Origin: a bacterium
GTDB taxonomy: Bacteria; UBA4055
Reading direction: 5' to 3'
Length of the DNA stretch: 64,000 nucleotides
Assembly: GCA_029559475.1 (NCBI GenBank)
Contig: JAKQBN010000061.1
Span: 3,488 to 67,487, forward strand
Shown: piece after piece, positions 30,991-40,163 of the stretch
Layout of the letters: every line of letters starts with the position of its first letter
How positions within the stretch are numbered: the stretch's first letter is position 1
Made by a program: the position numbers and the translations under genes
The notes under the pieces: generated by a model
Databases searched by the model: none
The model's input: only the letters and a program-made list of their open reading frames with translations
What the model was told of the DNA's origin: nothing

Positions 30991-31140
30991 GTCATTATTC
31001 TTGACCCGGTGCACCTGTATATTATTATTTATAGTATCTGTATAGAAAAAATAAAAATTAAGATATGAATGAACCATATACTTTTAATTTTCACAGATCA
31101 GGACAGTTTTTTTACCAGGTTGCATCTGTATCTTGTATTT
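30991..31140 (+). promoter_or_regulatory. Tandem related promoter/operator motifs upstream of the island cargo
   Basis: GTCA-N7-TGAC at 30991-31005 followed by TGCACCTGTATATT; degenerate second copy GACA...TACC...TGCATCTGTATCTT from 31102. Confidence 0.5.
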
Positions 31141-31165
31141 ATGTAATCCGGTATGAGGTGTAATT

Positions 31166-31399
31166 ATGGAAAAGATCAACTGTAAGAAATGCAGCGCAAC
31201 AATAGCTACTCCCGGCTATGCGAGTAGGACTTTTGCAGGAACTTATATGACCTGCTCCCAATGCGGTACTGAACTCAAAAAAGTTTCATATATTCTAAAG
31301 TTAAGTGAAGTTCAGGTCGCATTCGTATGTAAGAAATGCATCGCCATAATCAAAAAAAGGACCGGGCTCAAATGTCCGATATGCGGCACTATAAATTGA
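31166..31399 (+). CDS. Small zinc-ribbon protein (four CxxC)
   Basis: CKKC, CSQC, CKKC, CPIC; GAGGTG RBS. Confidence 0.75.
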   Translation: MEKINCKKCSATIATPGYASRTFAGTYMTCSQCGTELKKVSYILKLSEVQVAFVCKKCIAIIKKRTGLKCPICGTIN

Positions 31400-31423
31400 T
31401 ATAAAGAAAATAAGGAGGTGAAA

Positions 31424-31651
31424 ATGCAGAATGAAAAAGAAGCGGCTTACTGGAAAGCTGTTCAGAAATGGGCGGAAAAAGCGCAGACGCTTGTGCAGTA
31501 TCAGCAGAAAAACATGAAATGGTTCCTTTCGCCCGAGATAGTTCAGTGGTGCACGCCGAGCTACGAAAGTGAAGTGTCACAGCTTGAAAGAGAGGTCGAA
31601 AGACTCGAAAAAGAAGCTGACAGACTGGAAGTAGAAGCAGGATTAAACTAA
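31424..31651 (+). CDS. Small helical/coiled-coil hypothetical protein
   Basis: AAGGAGGTG RBS; C-terminal heptads EVSQLEREVERLEKEADRLE. Confidence 0.7.
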   Translation: MQNEKEAAYWKAVQKWAEKAQTLVQYQQKNMKWFLSPEIVQWCTPSYESEVSQLEREVERLEKEADRLEVEAGLN

Positions 31652-31668
31652 ACAAAAAGAGGTGAAAA

Positions 31669-31884
31669 ATGAGCTTAGGGAAAGCTTTGCTTATCGGAGC
31701 TGCGGGGCTCGCGGCGGGATTATTAATAGCCGCATGGGCGGAAACAATGGACAGTGACTCATCAGATACTGATACGGATCTCGATCTTGACGATACCGGA
31801 GATTACACATATATCGGTGATTCGGATGAAACAATCGAAAGTGAGACTGATGAAACTTTGACAGACCAGATTCCGCAGGTATGA
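31669..31884 (+). CDS. Small membrane-anchored protein with acidic tail
   Basis: GAGGTG RBS; N-terminal hydrophobic helix then D/E/T-rich tail. Confidence 0.7.
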   Translation: MSLGKALLIGAAGLAAGLLIAAWAETMDSDSSDTDTDLDLDDTGDYTYIGDSDETIESETDETLTDQIPQV

Positions 31885-31910
31885 AAAAGGCGGGTAATTC
31901 CGCCTTTTAT
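31885..31910 (+). terminator. Intrinsic terminator closing the three-small-gene operon
   Basis: AAAAGGCGG-GTAATT-CCGCCTTTT. Confidence 0.75.
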
Positions 31911-32008
31911 CCATGCGATTCTAGCAGACGTTATTATGATTCATGGATATACAATGGTATCATTGGAACTTAGAATCTCAAACTTAAATTAAAAGAAAGG
32001 AAATATTT

Positions 32009-32545
32009 ATGAAAAACGAAATCTATGACAAAACCAGGCTGCAAAGTGCCTTTGACAATCTTGACACTATACTCACGGAGTTAGATGTTAAAGATGAGTG
32101 TAGTAAGTTGTATAGCTTTATCGAATTTAAAGACTATGAAAAAGCCCTCGAAAGAGCCGAACTGATTATCATGAAACTACTGCCTAAATTCTGTACTAAG
32201 GAAGGCGAATTCTGCGAAGTTGATCAGTTTGTTATACTTGATTTTACTTATGCTATGTATGGCAAAGGATATTCTCTGTTCAAGCTCGGTAAATATTCTC
32301 AGGCTTATTTATACTTTAAAGATGTTTTTGACACTCTTCAGGAAAACTGCATTAGGCCTACCGGCGATCTGTTCTATTATATGGCTAAATCAAAACAGCT
32401 TTCAGATGATTTTGGTAAAGCATCGGCATTTTCATCAGGAAAGTTCTCAGGCTTCATGAAGCTTTTAGGACCCGAATTCCCTACCATTCCTGGAAATATG
32501 CGTGAACCAATTAAAAAACTAAAAAAGAAAGGTGATAAAAAATGA
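32009..32545 (+). CDS. TPR-like helical protein (paralog of 40164-40601)
   Basis: AMYGKGYSLFKLGKYSQAYLYF TPR pattern; KDYEKALERAELII. Confidence 0.6.
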   Translation: MKNEIYDKTRLQSAFDNLDTILTELDVKDECSKLYSFIEFKDYEKALERAELIIMKLLPKFCTKEGEFCEVDQFVILDFTYAMYGKGYSLFKLGKYSQAYLYFKDVFDTLQENCIRPTGDLFYYMAKSKQLSDDFGKASAFSSGKFSGFMKLLGPEFPTIPGNMREPIKKLKKKGDKK

Positions 32546-33051
32546 TCATTCACGACTATTGCAAAAACTGTCCGTATTATCTAATAAATATGGCCGATAA
32601 GGGCTCACTGTCAAAAGAGGATAACGGTTCGGACACTATACTTGTTTTTCAGTCACCCGGCCGAAAAGAATGGGTAAATAAAAAGCCTTTAAGCTCAGAC
32701 TCTCCCCGTTCATGTAACGGGATCGTGTCGCGTTCCTGGGAAAGAACAGGAAGAAAGCGCGAAGAATTCGATATAACCAATGCGGTTCAATGCTATCCCG
32801 GTCAGGATCAGAAAACCAAACGCGATCTCCCGCCCGATCCCAAAGCCGTAGAACAATGCCTGTACTGCCTAGAGAAAGAAATTCTGTCTAAAAAGTATAA
32901 GATCGTTATTGCCTTCGGGAAAACTGCCGAAAAATCAGTGAACAGGATCGTTGAAAAACATAATCTTGATACTATCGTGATCAATTCTAAGCATCCTGTG
33001 GCAGGCGTAATAAAAAGAGATATTGATAATTTATGGACAAAGAAACAATAA
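32542..33051 (+). CDS. Uracil-DNA glycosylase superfamily protein (family 4/5-like, probable Fe-S)
   Basis: N-terminal CKNC, motif A-like FQSPGRKE, ITNAVQCYP, EQC, IVIAFGKTA, motif B-like HPVA. Confidence 0.8.
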   Translation: MIIHDYCKNCPYYLINMADKGSLSKEDNGSDTILVFQSPGRKEWVNKKPLSSDSPRSCNGIVSRSWERTGRKREEFDITNAVQCYPGQDQKTKRDLPPDPKAVEQCLYCLEKEILSKKYKIVIAFGKTAEKSVNRIVEKHNLDTIVINSKHPVAGVIKRDIDNLWTKKQ

Positions 33052-33062
33052 AAGGGGAATTT

Positions 33063-33785
33063 ATGGATACTCTCTTAAGCGGTATTGATACAATAGACAG
33101 CGGACTGGAAGGATTTTCATTAGGAGAAATGGTTATCTCCGCTTCCAGGCCCGGGCATGGCAATATCTACCTTCTGTTGTCGATCGTGAGGGGAATTTAT
33201 TACGACTTCATTGATAGGTACAAATGCCTGGTTTTCTCGAACTCTGAAAAAAGCAGGCTAAAACCTTTACAGCCCGGAGATGAAGATATATTTATTTACT
33301 ATAAGTTCCAGAGCGATTCATTAACGGGTTTTTTCTCCGAACTTGAAGATCAGATTAAACTAAACGATACGAAGATCTTGATTATCGACTACAATGAAAC
33401 CAGTTTTCAGAAGAATAAGAACTTCTTCATCGGTCTTAAAAATATAGCAGTTAGAAAAAATATTCTTATCTTCATTAAATCGTATTTGACGCGGCAGTCC
33501 GCACGAAAATCGTGGTTCAATCCTCAGATAGCAGATATTGAGGGAGCACCAGTAGTTGAAAAGATCGCGGATAAGTATATAATCATGCACCGTCTTGATG
33601 TTCTCGGTATCAAGGATGCTTCCGGGCGTGATCAGACAAATATCGTCGATATCAGGCTCTGTGCAAGAGATCTGTGCCATACAGGCTCTAAGTACATTTA
33701 TTTCAACAGCGACAAGAATATTTTCGAAAATTTCACTCCGCTTCATAACAGATACGGGTACTACTATCTTTACAGTGAAAACTAA
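33063..33785 (+). CDS. Degenerate DnaB-like helicase C-terminal domain
   Basis: SGIDTIDSGLEGFSLGEMVISASRPGHGN (Walker A lacks GKT), LIIDY, LKNIA, PQIADIEGAPVVEKIADKYIIMHR. Confidence 0.72.
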   Translation: MDTLLSGIDTIDSGLEGFSLGEMVISASRPGHGNIYLLLSIVRGIYYDFIDRYKCLVFSNSEKSRLKPLQPGDEDIFIYYKFQSDSLTGFFSELEDQIKLNDTKILIIDYNETSFQKNKNFFIGLKNIAVRKNILIFIKSYLTRQSARKSWFNPQIADIEGAPVVEKIADKYIIMHRLDVLGIKDASGRDQTNIVDIRLCARDLCHTGSKYIYFNSDKNIFENFTPLHNRYGYYYLYSEN

Positions 33786-33817
33786 GACAGCAAAATAAAT
33801 AATTTAAGGGAGAATTT

Positions 33818-34165
33818 ATGACTATCCATTATTCAAAGCAAATTTACAGCGAATTAGCCACTATCAAAGCTGAATTTGACAGGATTGCTGAAAATTTATA
33901 CAAAATAAAAAAGAAGTATTATGCAATAAATTTCGACATCTCTGAGAATGAAAAGCTCGAAGAGGAGATATTCAAAAACGAGTGCGCCCTGGAAGCTCTC
34001 GAAGACACCGATGAAGAAATTTTATCAAAGATCCGTAATAAGATCGCAGGATTACAGAAAAGAATAGAAGATAATAAAAACCAAGATACGATACTGAAAA
34101 GCATTGATGATATTTTCTTGGATATTGATCAGAAAATTCAGATTCTGGATCACCAGATCGATTGA
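33818..34165 (+). CDS. Coiled-coil hypothetical protein
   Basis: GGGAG RBS; charged heptad-rich sequence. Confidence 0.6.
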   Translation: MTIHYSKQIYSELATIKAEFDRIAENLYKIKKKYYAINFDISENEKLEEEIFKNECALEALEDTDEEILSKIRNKIAGLQKRIEDNKNQDTILKSIDDIFLDIDQKIQILDHQID

Positions 34166-34239
34166 GCATGACCCGTTCATTGAAATAGAATCAGACCTTT
34201 TACTGAAAACTCACTAAATTTTAATTAAACGGAGTAATT

Positions 34240-34455
34240 ATGAAAAACAACCATAAAATCAGCTTCATAAAGCCTGTACCTTATGCAGTGCCTGACTTAA
34301 GATTCTGCAATATATATTGCTTTAAAGAAATTATCATGCCTGATGACCGGATTGGCAATATCGGTGATTCATGGACATATTGTGTAATCGATTCGCAGGA
34401 AATATTTTATAATCCTTTATGTAAATCAAACGGAGACTATAGCTATGAATGCTGA
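34240..34455 (+). CDS. Hypothetical protein
   Basis: GGAG RBS; overlaps the next ORF. Confidence 0.45.
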   Translation: MKNNHKISFIKPVPYAVPDLRFCNIYCFKEIIMPDDRIGNIGDSWTYCVIDSQEIFYNPLCKSNGDYSYEC

Positions 34456-34861
34456 AAAAGAAATTACAGATAAGATTTTTTTTAAAAATCCCAGAACCGG
34501 AGAAACTCAGACTGTAGGCAGTAACTTAAACATCATATTTGGAGTGTTTTCCGTAATGTGCGGAATACCATTATTTATCAGAAGGCTTAACTCATGGGGA
34601 TATGTTATGCTAGCTTTACAAAGCGTGTATATGCTCCTATACCCTCAGTTCAGAGAAGGCGATTATTGCTCGATCTTTTTTTTACTTTTCGTTGAAATCA
34701 TAATCAGCTTATATTTAGGCATCAAAGGTAACAGGCTCCTTACGATCTATTACTTTGAGAACGGGTGGATTATGGAAAATCCTCATAATGAAATGGTCCG
34801 GAACACATTCAAAAAATGGAAACTTGAACCTGAAGTAATCCCTCGCAAGGGAGTCAAATGA
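34445..34861 (+). CDS. Small membrane protein (DUF2628-like)
   Basis: FKNPRTGETQTVG followed by three hydrophobic segments and GNRLLTIYYFENGW. Confidence 0.55.
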   Translation: MNAEKEITDKIFFKNPRTGETQTVGSNLNIIFGVFSVMCGIPLFIRRLNSWGYVMLALQSVYMLLYPQFREGDYCSIFFLLFVEIIISLYLGIKGNRLLTIYYFENGWIMENPHNEMVRNTFKKWKLEPEVIPRKGVK

Positions 34862-35278
34862 AAAACAGAAAAGAACAAATTTCTATGCTACAAATGTAAT
34901 GGCAACGAAACAAGGCTACACAACCTGCGATCTGTCGGTATCGGAGGTCATACCGACAGGCAGGACTGTGTGAATTGCGATAATTACACAACTATTCTCA
35001 ACTGCGCAGAGCGCGAATTATTCGAAGAGATCTCACTCAGAATCGATAAGAACAGACTCAAATTCATCGGGATCATCAACGACGATAAAACCGAAGTAGG
35101 CTCAGTACACTTCGGAGCCGTTTTCTTATACAAACTCGATGATATTGAAAAAATAAAAAACACTACCGAAATCGAATCATACCAATGGCTGAGCATGAAA
35201 GAGATTGACGGTACAGATAATCTTGAAGAATGGAGCAGAATAGCTATGATCCTGTATAAAGATTTTTTCCTAAAATGA
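34858..35278 (+). pseudogene. NUDIX-family phosphoesterase (COG4112-like), 5'-truncated and frameshifted
   Basis: ETRLHNLRSVGIGGH...AERELFEEI...GIINDDKTEVGSVHFG...LEEWSR; homology extends upstream of GTG 34970 to 34862; ATG 34858 is one base out of frame across an A5 run. Confidence 0.7.
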
Positions 35279-35348
35279 AAATTATTCAGCTTGACTTTAC
35301 CTCCCGGAAAATTGCATATTTACACAACCTGAATCGAGAGGTAAAAGG

Positions 35349-36278
35349 ATGGCGATTGTTAATGTTGAATATTGTGGTAATGTAATAATTCCTTCTTTGG
35401 ATATCGAAATTACCAACCAGCACATCATAAATGCAACGGAGTTTAATTTAAATATTTTTAAACGACAAGGCATTACTTTTACTGGAACTGGGCAAAATAT
35501 TTCACAAGTTGATATTGATTTTGATCCGAGTAAAAATGCCGTTCCAGATGTATGGAGGTATACAATAAAAATTGATAAAAAAAGATGTTTATCACTCGTA
35601 AAATCAAAAGTAGGTTACAGAACATGCCACGTTGAAGCATGTAAGAACTTCCTCAATAACAAAAATTTTCCTCAAGATGTAGATATTGCAAAATGCATTT
35701 CAAATGCAAAATGCAAATTTTATAAAAAATACCCAGTTATCCTTCTCCTTCTCGAATCTCCTCATAAAAATGAGTATACTAATGCTTTCATTCAAATCGC
35801 ACCAGCGCAAAAAAGTACAGGAAAATGCATAGAGAGTAATATAATAAGTCTAATAGAAGAAATAAATAAGCGCATAAATCCTCAATTACCCATAAATACA
35901 AACTACAAGCTGATAATAGCAAATCCTATACCGTTTCAAACTTCATTACACATTTTAAAAAATAAAGATTCAGGATTTGATGATAACCAAAGAAAGTTAA
36001 GAGATAGAATTTGGAAATCACTCTGGCATCAAAATAGCTTAAGATACAATTTTCTAAATCGTCTGAACAACGATTACAAGCCCGATCTTGTTATAAATGC
36101 CTGTACAGAAAATCTGCAACCTTTGGTTTCCTGTTGCATAATTTGCGGAACTTGCTATCCTTTAGTTGAAACCAAACACCCAGCTAATCATTGGAATAAA
36201 TATACAAAAAATAATAAAAGCAAATTCACTCCTGCGGAAATTCTGAAACTTAGATTTGGAATAGAAGTGATCAGATAA
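35349..36278 (+). CDS. Hypothetical protein with C-terminal UDG-like fold
   Basis: ILLLLESPHKNE, PAQKSTG, IIANPIPFQTSL, LVINACT, HPANHW in UDG-like order; own promoter TTGACT at 35291. Confidence 0.55.
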   Translation: MAIVNVEYCGNVIIPSLDIEITNQHIINATEFNLNIFKRQGITFTGTGQNISQVDIDFDPSKNAVPDVWRYTIKIDKKRCLSLVKSKVGYRTCHVEACKNFLNNKNFPQDVDIAKCISNAKCKFYKKYPVILLLLESPHKNEYTNAFIQIAPAQKSTGKCIESNIISLIEEINKRINPQLPINTNYKLIIANPIPFQTSLHILKNKDSGFDDNQRKLRDRIWKSLWHQNSLRYNFLNRLNNDYKPDLVINACTENLQPLVSCCIICGTCYPLVETKHPANHWNKYTKNNKSKFTPAEILKLRFGIEVIR

Positions 36279-36371
36279 TTCATTTCTCTATCATAACTCC
36301 TAATTTTTCTTTGACTTAAACCCTCATTCTTTGTAAATTCAGGTTATATTTTATAAAGGATCAACCCACAG

Positions 36372-38777
36372 ATGAGTTTATATGAAAAATTACAAAAAGC
36401 TACAAGCGAAGAAGATGTTAAAGACGCATATATCAAAGCTCTGGGATTAAAAAACTACTCGAAAAATCTGATTGACCTGCAAACAAAAGAAATCTGGTTT
36501 GAAGCAAAAGATACGAAAAGAAATTCAACGTACGCTATGTTCACACAATTGATGCATTATGTTCAGGCCGCTTTGAACAAAGGCGAATATATTCCGCCAT
36601 TTTTGGCAGTAATTGATACCGAAAAAGCAGCGATAATGAAAAGCTCGGATGTTATACCTTTCTTAGCAAAGAAAACAATAAAATGGGGTAAATCTGCGAG
36701 CCAGTACACACAAGAAGCGCTTGATGAAATCTCAACACATATCGGTACTCATTTTGTTTCGTTTAAAATATCTACGCATGAAGAAGAATTTATTAGCACT
36801 GTAAAAGAAGCTATAAAATCAGGCGATATAATCAGGACTAATATCACTCCTGATAACCTCAAGCAGGTATTTGATAAATGGGTATCTATGATAGGCAGGG
36901 AAATAAAAGAAGTCGATGAGAAAGATTATGCTTTGCTATTCTACGCGGATATTATGCACGATGGGGTAATGGCAACTCATAGTAATTTAACTGCTCAACT
37001 GCTACATAAAAACGACGCCCCGGTATTTAGCTTAAATGGGCACTTATACGAGCTTGGAAACAAGGAAGGTTACCGTCAGTTTTGGGCAATTTACCAAAAG
37101 CCACCTAAAGAGGAATACCGGAATTATTTACTTGAGAGGCGCGATAGTTTGATTCCTCTTGACGAGAGAGTATATAAAGGCGGCTATTACACACCTTTGA
37201 ATGTCGTAGATAAGGCTTACGATAAACTTACTGAAACATTAGGCAAGAACTGGCAGAAAGATTACATAGTTTGGGATATGTGTTGCGGGGTAGGAAATTT
37301 AGAGGTTAAGCATAGTAATCATCGAAATATTTTTATGTCAACATTGGATATGGCCGATGTTGATATTATGCAAGCTACAAAAACCTGCGTGGCAGCCCAG
37401 CGTTTTCAATATGATTATTTAAACGACGATATCACAGATAATGGACAAATTGATTATACCCTCACAAATAAAGTACCTTCAAGTTTACTGAAAGCTATAA
37501 AGGAAGAAAAAAAGATTTTAGTGTTGATTAATCCTCCCTATGCTGAATCAACAAGTTCAGATAATATTAATACAGGAGGGGCTTCAGACTCAAGTAAGAC
37601 TGGCATTGCAAAAACAAAGCTAGCACAATCAGCTATGAGTGAGTATGGTAAAGCAAGTAATGAACTCTTTACTCAGTTTGTTGTCAGAATAGCTAAAGAA
37701 ATGCCTAATGCAACTTTAGCTATGTTTAGCACTATGAAGTATGTCAATTCTCAAACATTAGAAATATTTCGTTCTGTTTGGAATGCAAAATATTTGGATG
37801 GTTTCGTTGTACATAGCAAAACCTTTGATGGGTTGAAAGGCGATTTTCCAATTGGATTCTTAATATGGAAAACGGATCAAAAATCAAAAACCAAACAACC
37901 CATAGTAGAAATATCCACTGAAGTGTTAGACAGACATGTCAATCCCATTGGTGAAAAATGCTTTTACAATATTTCTAACGATTTACTTCTAACTAATTGG
38001 ATAAAACGTCCCAAAACAAATGAAACAGAAGTTATCCCATTAAAAAATGCAATTACTCCTGCAACCGCGAATAAAGATTTAAGAGGAACTAAGTGGTCTA
38101 AAGATGCTCTTGCGTTTTGTTGGTGTAATGGTAATGATGTACAACAAGCTTCACGAACCGCATTATTCTCTTCTGGTTTCAATGGTGGTCATGGATTATT
38201 TGTTAATCCTGAAAATCTCTGGCAAGTCGCAATAATGTTTTCAGTTCGTCAATTAGTTAAACACACATGGGTTAATCATAATGACCAGTTTTTAATACCA
38301 ACAGAGCCATTATCTTATGAGTTTAAAACCGATTGTTTAATTTTCATGTTGTTTCATGGTAAAAATCTTTCAGCAAGTGCAAATGATCTAAAATGGAATG
38401 ATAAAAAGTGGTCAATAGTAAATCATTTCATCCCCTTTACTGAAGTAGAAGTAAATTCGCCAGGCCGTTTTGAATCGGACTTTATGGTTCAGTACCTGGC
38501 TGATAAAGAGCTTTCTCCTGAAGCTAAAACAGTTTTAGATGGGGGAAGAAAATTATGGCAAAGCTATTTTTCTGAGACTGATGTTAGATCTGTACGAGAT
38601 AAATACTGTCTTAACAGAACTGATGTCGGCTGGTATCAGGTTCGTAAAGCACTTGAAGAGAGAAATGCCAGCGGAGATTTCATTCCGGTTAGTTTCAAAC
38701 CCTTAGAAGAAGCATATAAGAACTTAACCGATAAGCTGAACCCGCAAGTTTATGAGCTTGGGTTCTTGCGTAAATAA
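36372..38777 (+). CDS. Type IIG-like restriction-modification fusion (PD-(D/E)XK nuclease + N6-adenine methyltransferase + target-recognition region)
   Basis: SEEDVK...IDLQTKEIWFEAK, GGYYTP, WDMCCGVGNL (motif I), INPPY (motif IV). Confidence 0.85.
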   Translation: MSLYEKLQKATSEEDVKDAYIKALGLKNYSKNLIDLQTKEIWFEAKDTKRNSTYAMFTQLMHYVQAALNKGEYIPPFLAVIDTEKAAIMKSSDVIPFLAKKTIKWGKSASQYTQEALDEISTHIGTHFVSFKISTHEEEFISTVKEAIKSGDIIRTNITPDNLKQVFDKWVSMIGREIKEVDEKDYALLFYADIMHDGVMATHSNLTAQLLHKNDAPVFSLNGHLYELGNKEGYRQFWAIYQKPPKEEYRNYLLERRDSLIPLDERVYKGGYYTPLNVVDKAYDKLTETLGKNWQKDYIVWDMCCGVGNLEVKHSNHRNIFMSTLDMADVDIMQATKTCVAAQRFQYDYLNDDITDNGQIDYTLTNKVPSSLLKAIKEEKKILVLINPPYAESTSSDNINTGGASDSSKTGIAKTKLAQSAMSEYGKASNELFTQFVVRIAKEMPNATLAMFSTMKYVNSQTLEIFRSVWNAKYLDGFVVHSKTFDGLKGDFPIGFLIWKTDQKSKTKQPIVEISTEVLDRHVNPIGEKCFYNISNDLLLTNWIKRPKTNETEVIPLKNAITPATANKDLRGTKWSKDALAFCWCNGNDVQQASRTALFSSGFNGGHGLFVNPENLWQVAIMFSVRQLVKHTWVNHNDQFLIPTEPLSYEFKTDCLIFMLFHGKNLSASANDLKWNDKKWSIVNHFIPFTEVEVNSPGRFESDFMVQYLADKELSPEAKTVLDGGRKLWQSYFSETDVRSVRDKYCLNRTDVGWYQVRKALEERNASGDFIPVSFKPLEEAYKNLTDKLNPQVYELGFLRK

Positions 38778-38804
38778 ATATAAATCTTTCTCTGGAGGAT
38801 GTTA

Positions 38805-39839
38805 ATGTCTGATAACAATATACCTGAAAACAATAATAATAGTTTGGAAAATATTGCCAAAGATTACACTGAAAAAATGCTTTCTAAATCGATAAGTAAT
38901 ATTAATTTAGACTCTTTGAAAGGTAATTCCGATAAGATAAAAGAAATTAAAGATAAAATATCATTTCATTCAATACATAGCGAACCGGTTCTTATCACAG
39001 GTGCAAGTGGTACAGGTAAAAGGCTCGTGGCTCATCTGATTCATAGCAACAGTATCTATAAAGAAAAGCCATACAAAGAAATAAACTGTCTGCTTTTTTC
39101 TAACGATAGGTTTAATTTTGACGAACTTATAGATCTTCCTAATGGTGGCACTATCTATATTAGTAATACTCATCAACTGCCTTTGCAAGCTCAATTAAAT
39201 ATAATATATCTACTTTACGACGACTTTAAGAATGAAAAGCCCTCGATACCTAAAGTACGGTTTATCTTTAGTGCAGAGAGTAATCTCATTGAATATGTAG
39301 ATAAAGGCAGCCTCCAGAAAAGCTTCTTTGATCTTATAAGTAACTTTGAAATTAAAACACCAAGTTTATACGAGATCAAAGACGATATTAAGATATTAGC
39401 TGAAAGCTTAGTTGACAAACTAAACCAAAAGTATTTAAAGCAAATTGTGTTACGTTCTGATGCCTATGCTGTTCTAAAAAATCAATTATACATGAATAAT
39501 GTACATGACTTAAAGAATGTTTTGATAAAATCTTTTATTCACGCTATGTACGAAGATAATGAAATAATCATGGCTGGGGATATAAAGAAGCATTTTGAAC
39601 CTTACATAATCAAATGCATAGACGAAATACTCGTACCGATACCAATGCCTGAAAATAAGTCTCTTTCATCATACCTTGAAGAGATTAAGATCAAAATTTA
39701 TGAATCTGCTTTGAACCATACTTCAAAGACTTTAGGCAAAAAGAGCCAGAAAAAAGCTAGTGAGTTTCTAAATGAAGATCAATCAACAATATCCAGGTTA
39801 GAAAATAAAAGAAAAACCAAATTTCTTAAATCACTATAA
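38805..39839 (+). CDS. Degenerate sigma54-activator-like AAA+ protein with C-terminal HTH
   Basis: PVLITGASGTGKRLVAHLIH, INC, GGTIYISN (Walker B lost), no GAFTGA, NNVHDLKN, QKKASEFLNEDQSTISR. Confidence 0.75.
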   Translation: MSDNNIPENNNNSLENIAKDYTEKMLSKSISNINLDSLKGNSDKIKEIKDKISFHSIHSEPVLITGASGTGKRLVAHLIHSNSIYKEKPYKEINCLLFSNDRFNFDELIDLPNGGTIYISNTHQLPLQAQLNIIYLLYDDFKNEKPSIPKVRFIFSAESNLIEYVDKGSLQKSFFDLISNFEIKTPSLYEIKDDIKILAESLVDKLNQKYLKQIVLRSDAYAVLKNQLYMNNVHDLKNVLIKSFIHAMYEDNEIIMAGDIKKHFEPYIIKCIDEILVPIPMPENKSLSSYLEEIKIKIYESALNHTSKTLGKKSQKKASEFLNEDQSTISRLENKRKTKFLKSL

Positions 39840-40102
39840 TAATTTTTCACTTACATCAATTATATATTATTAATATATATATATTAATAATTGAAGAACT
39901 ATATCGTCTTCATTCCATTGCAAACTTATGAATATTTAAAGTACTGCCCATTACAGAATCAAAAAAATGTTTATCTATTACTTAGGCACAATTAAGTATT
40001 ATATCAATTCGTATATTATTTTTTAATTATTACTTACAGCATTATTTCATATTCGAATATTTATAGCTATTATACATAAATTTTCATAATCGATTTTTTT
40101 AC

Positions 40103-40131
40103 TTGACAAAGGTTTTTTTTTATTTTATAAT
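40103..40131 (+). promoter_or_regulatory. Consensus sigma70 promoter of the second TPR/UDG cassette
   Basis: TTGACA-N17-TATAAT with a T9 run in the spacer. Confidence 0.8.
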
Positions 40132-40163
40132 TCGGGAGAAGTTAAAATAAAAAAAGGATCAGG

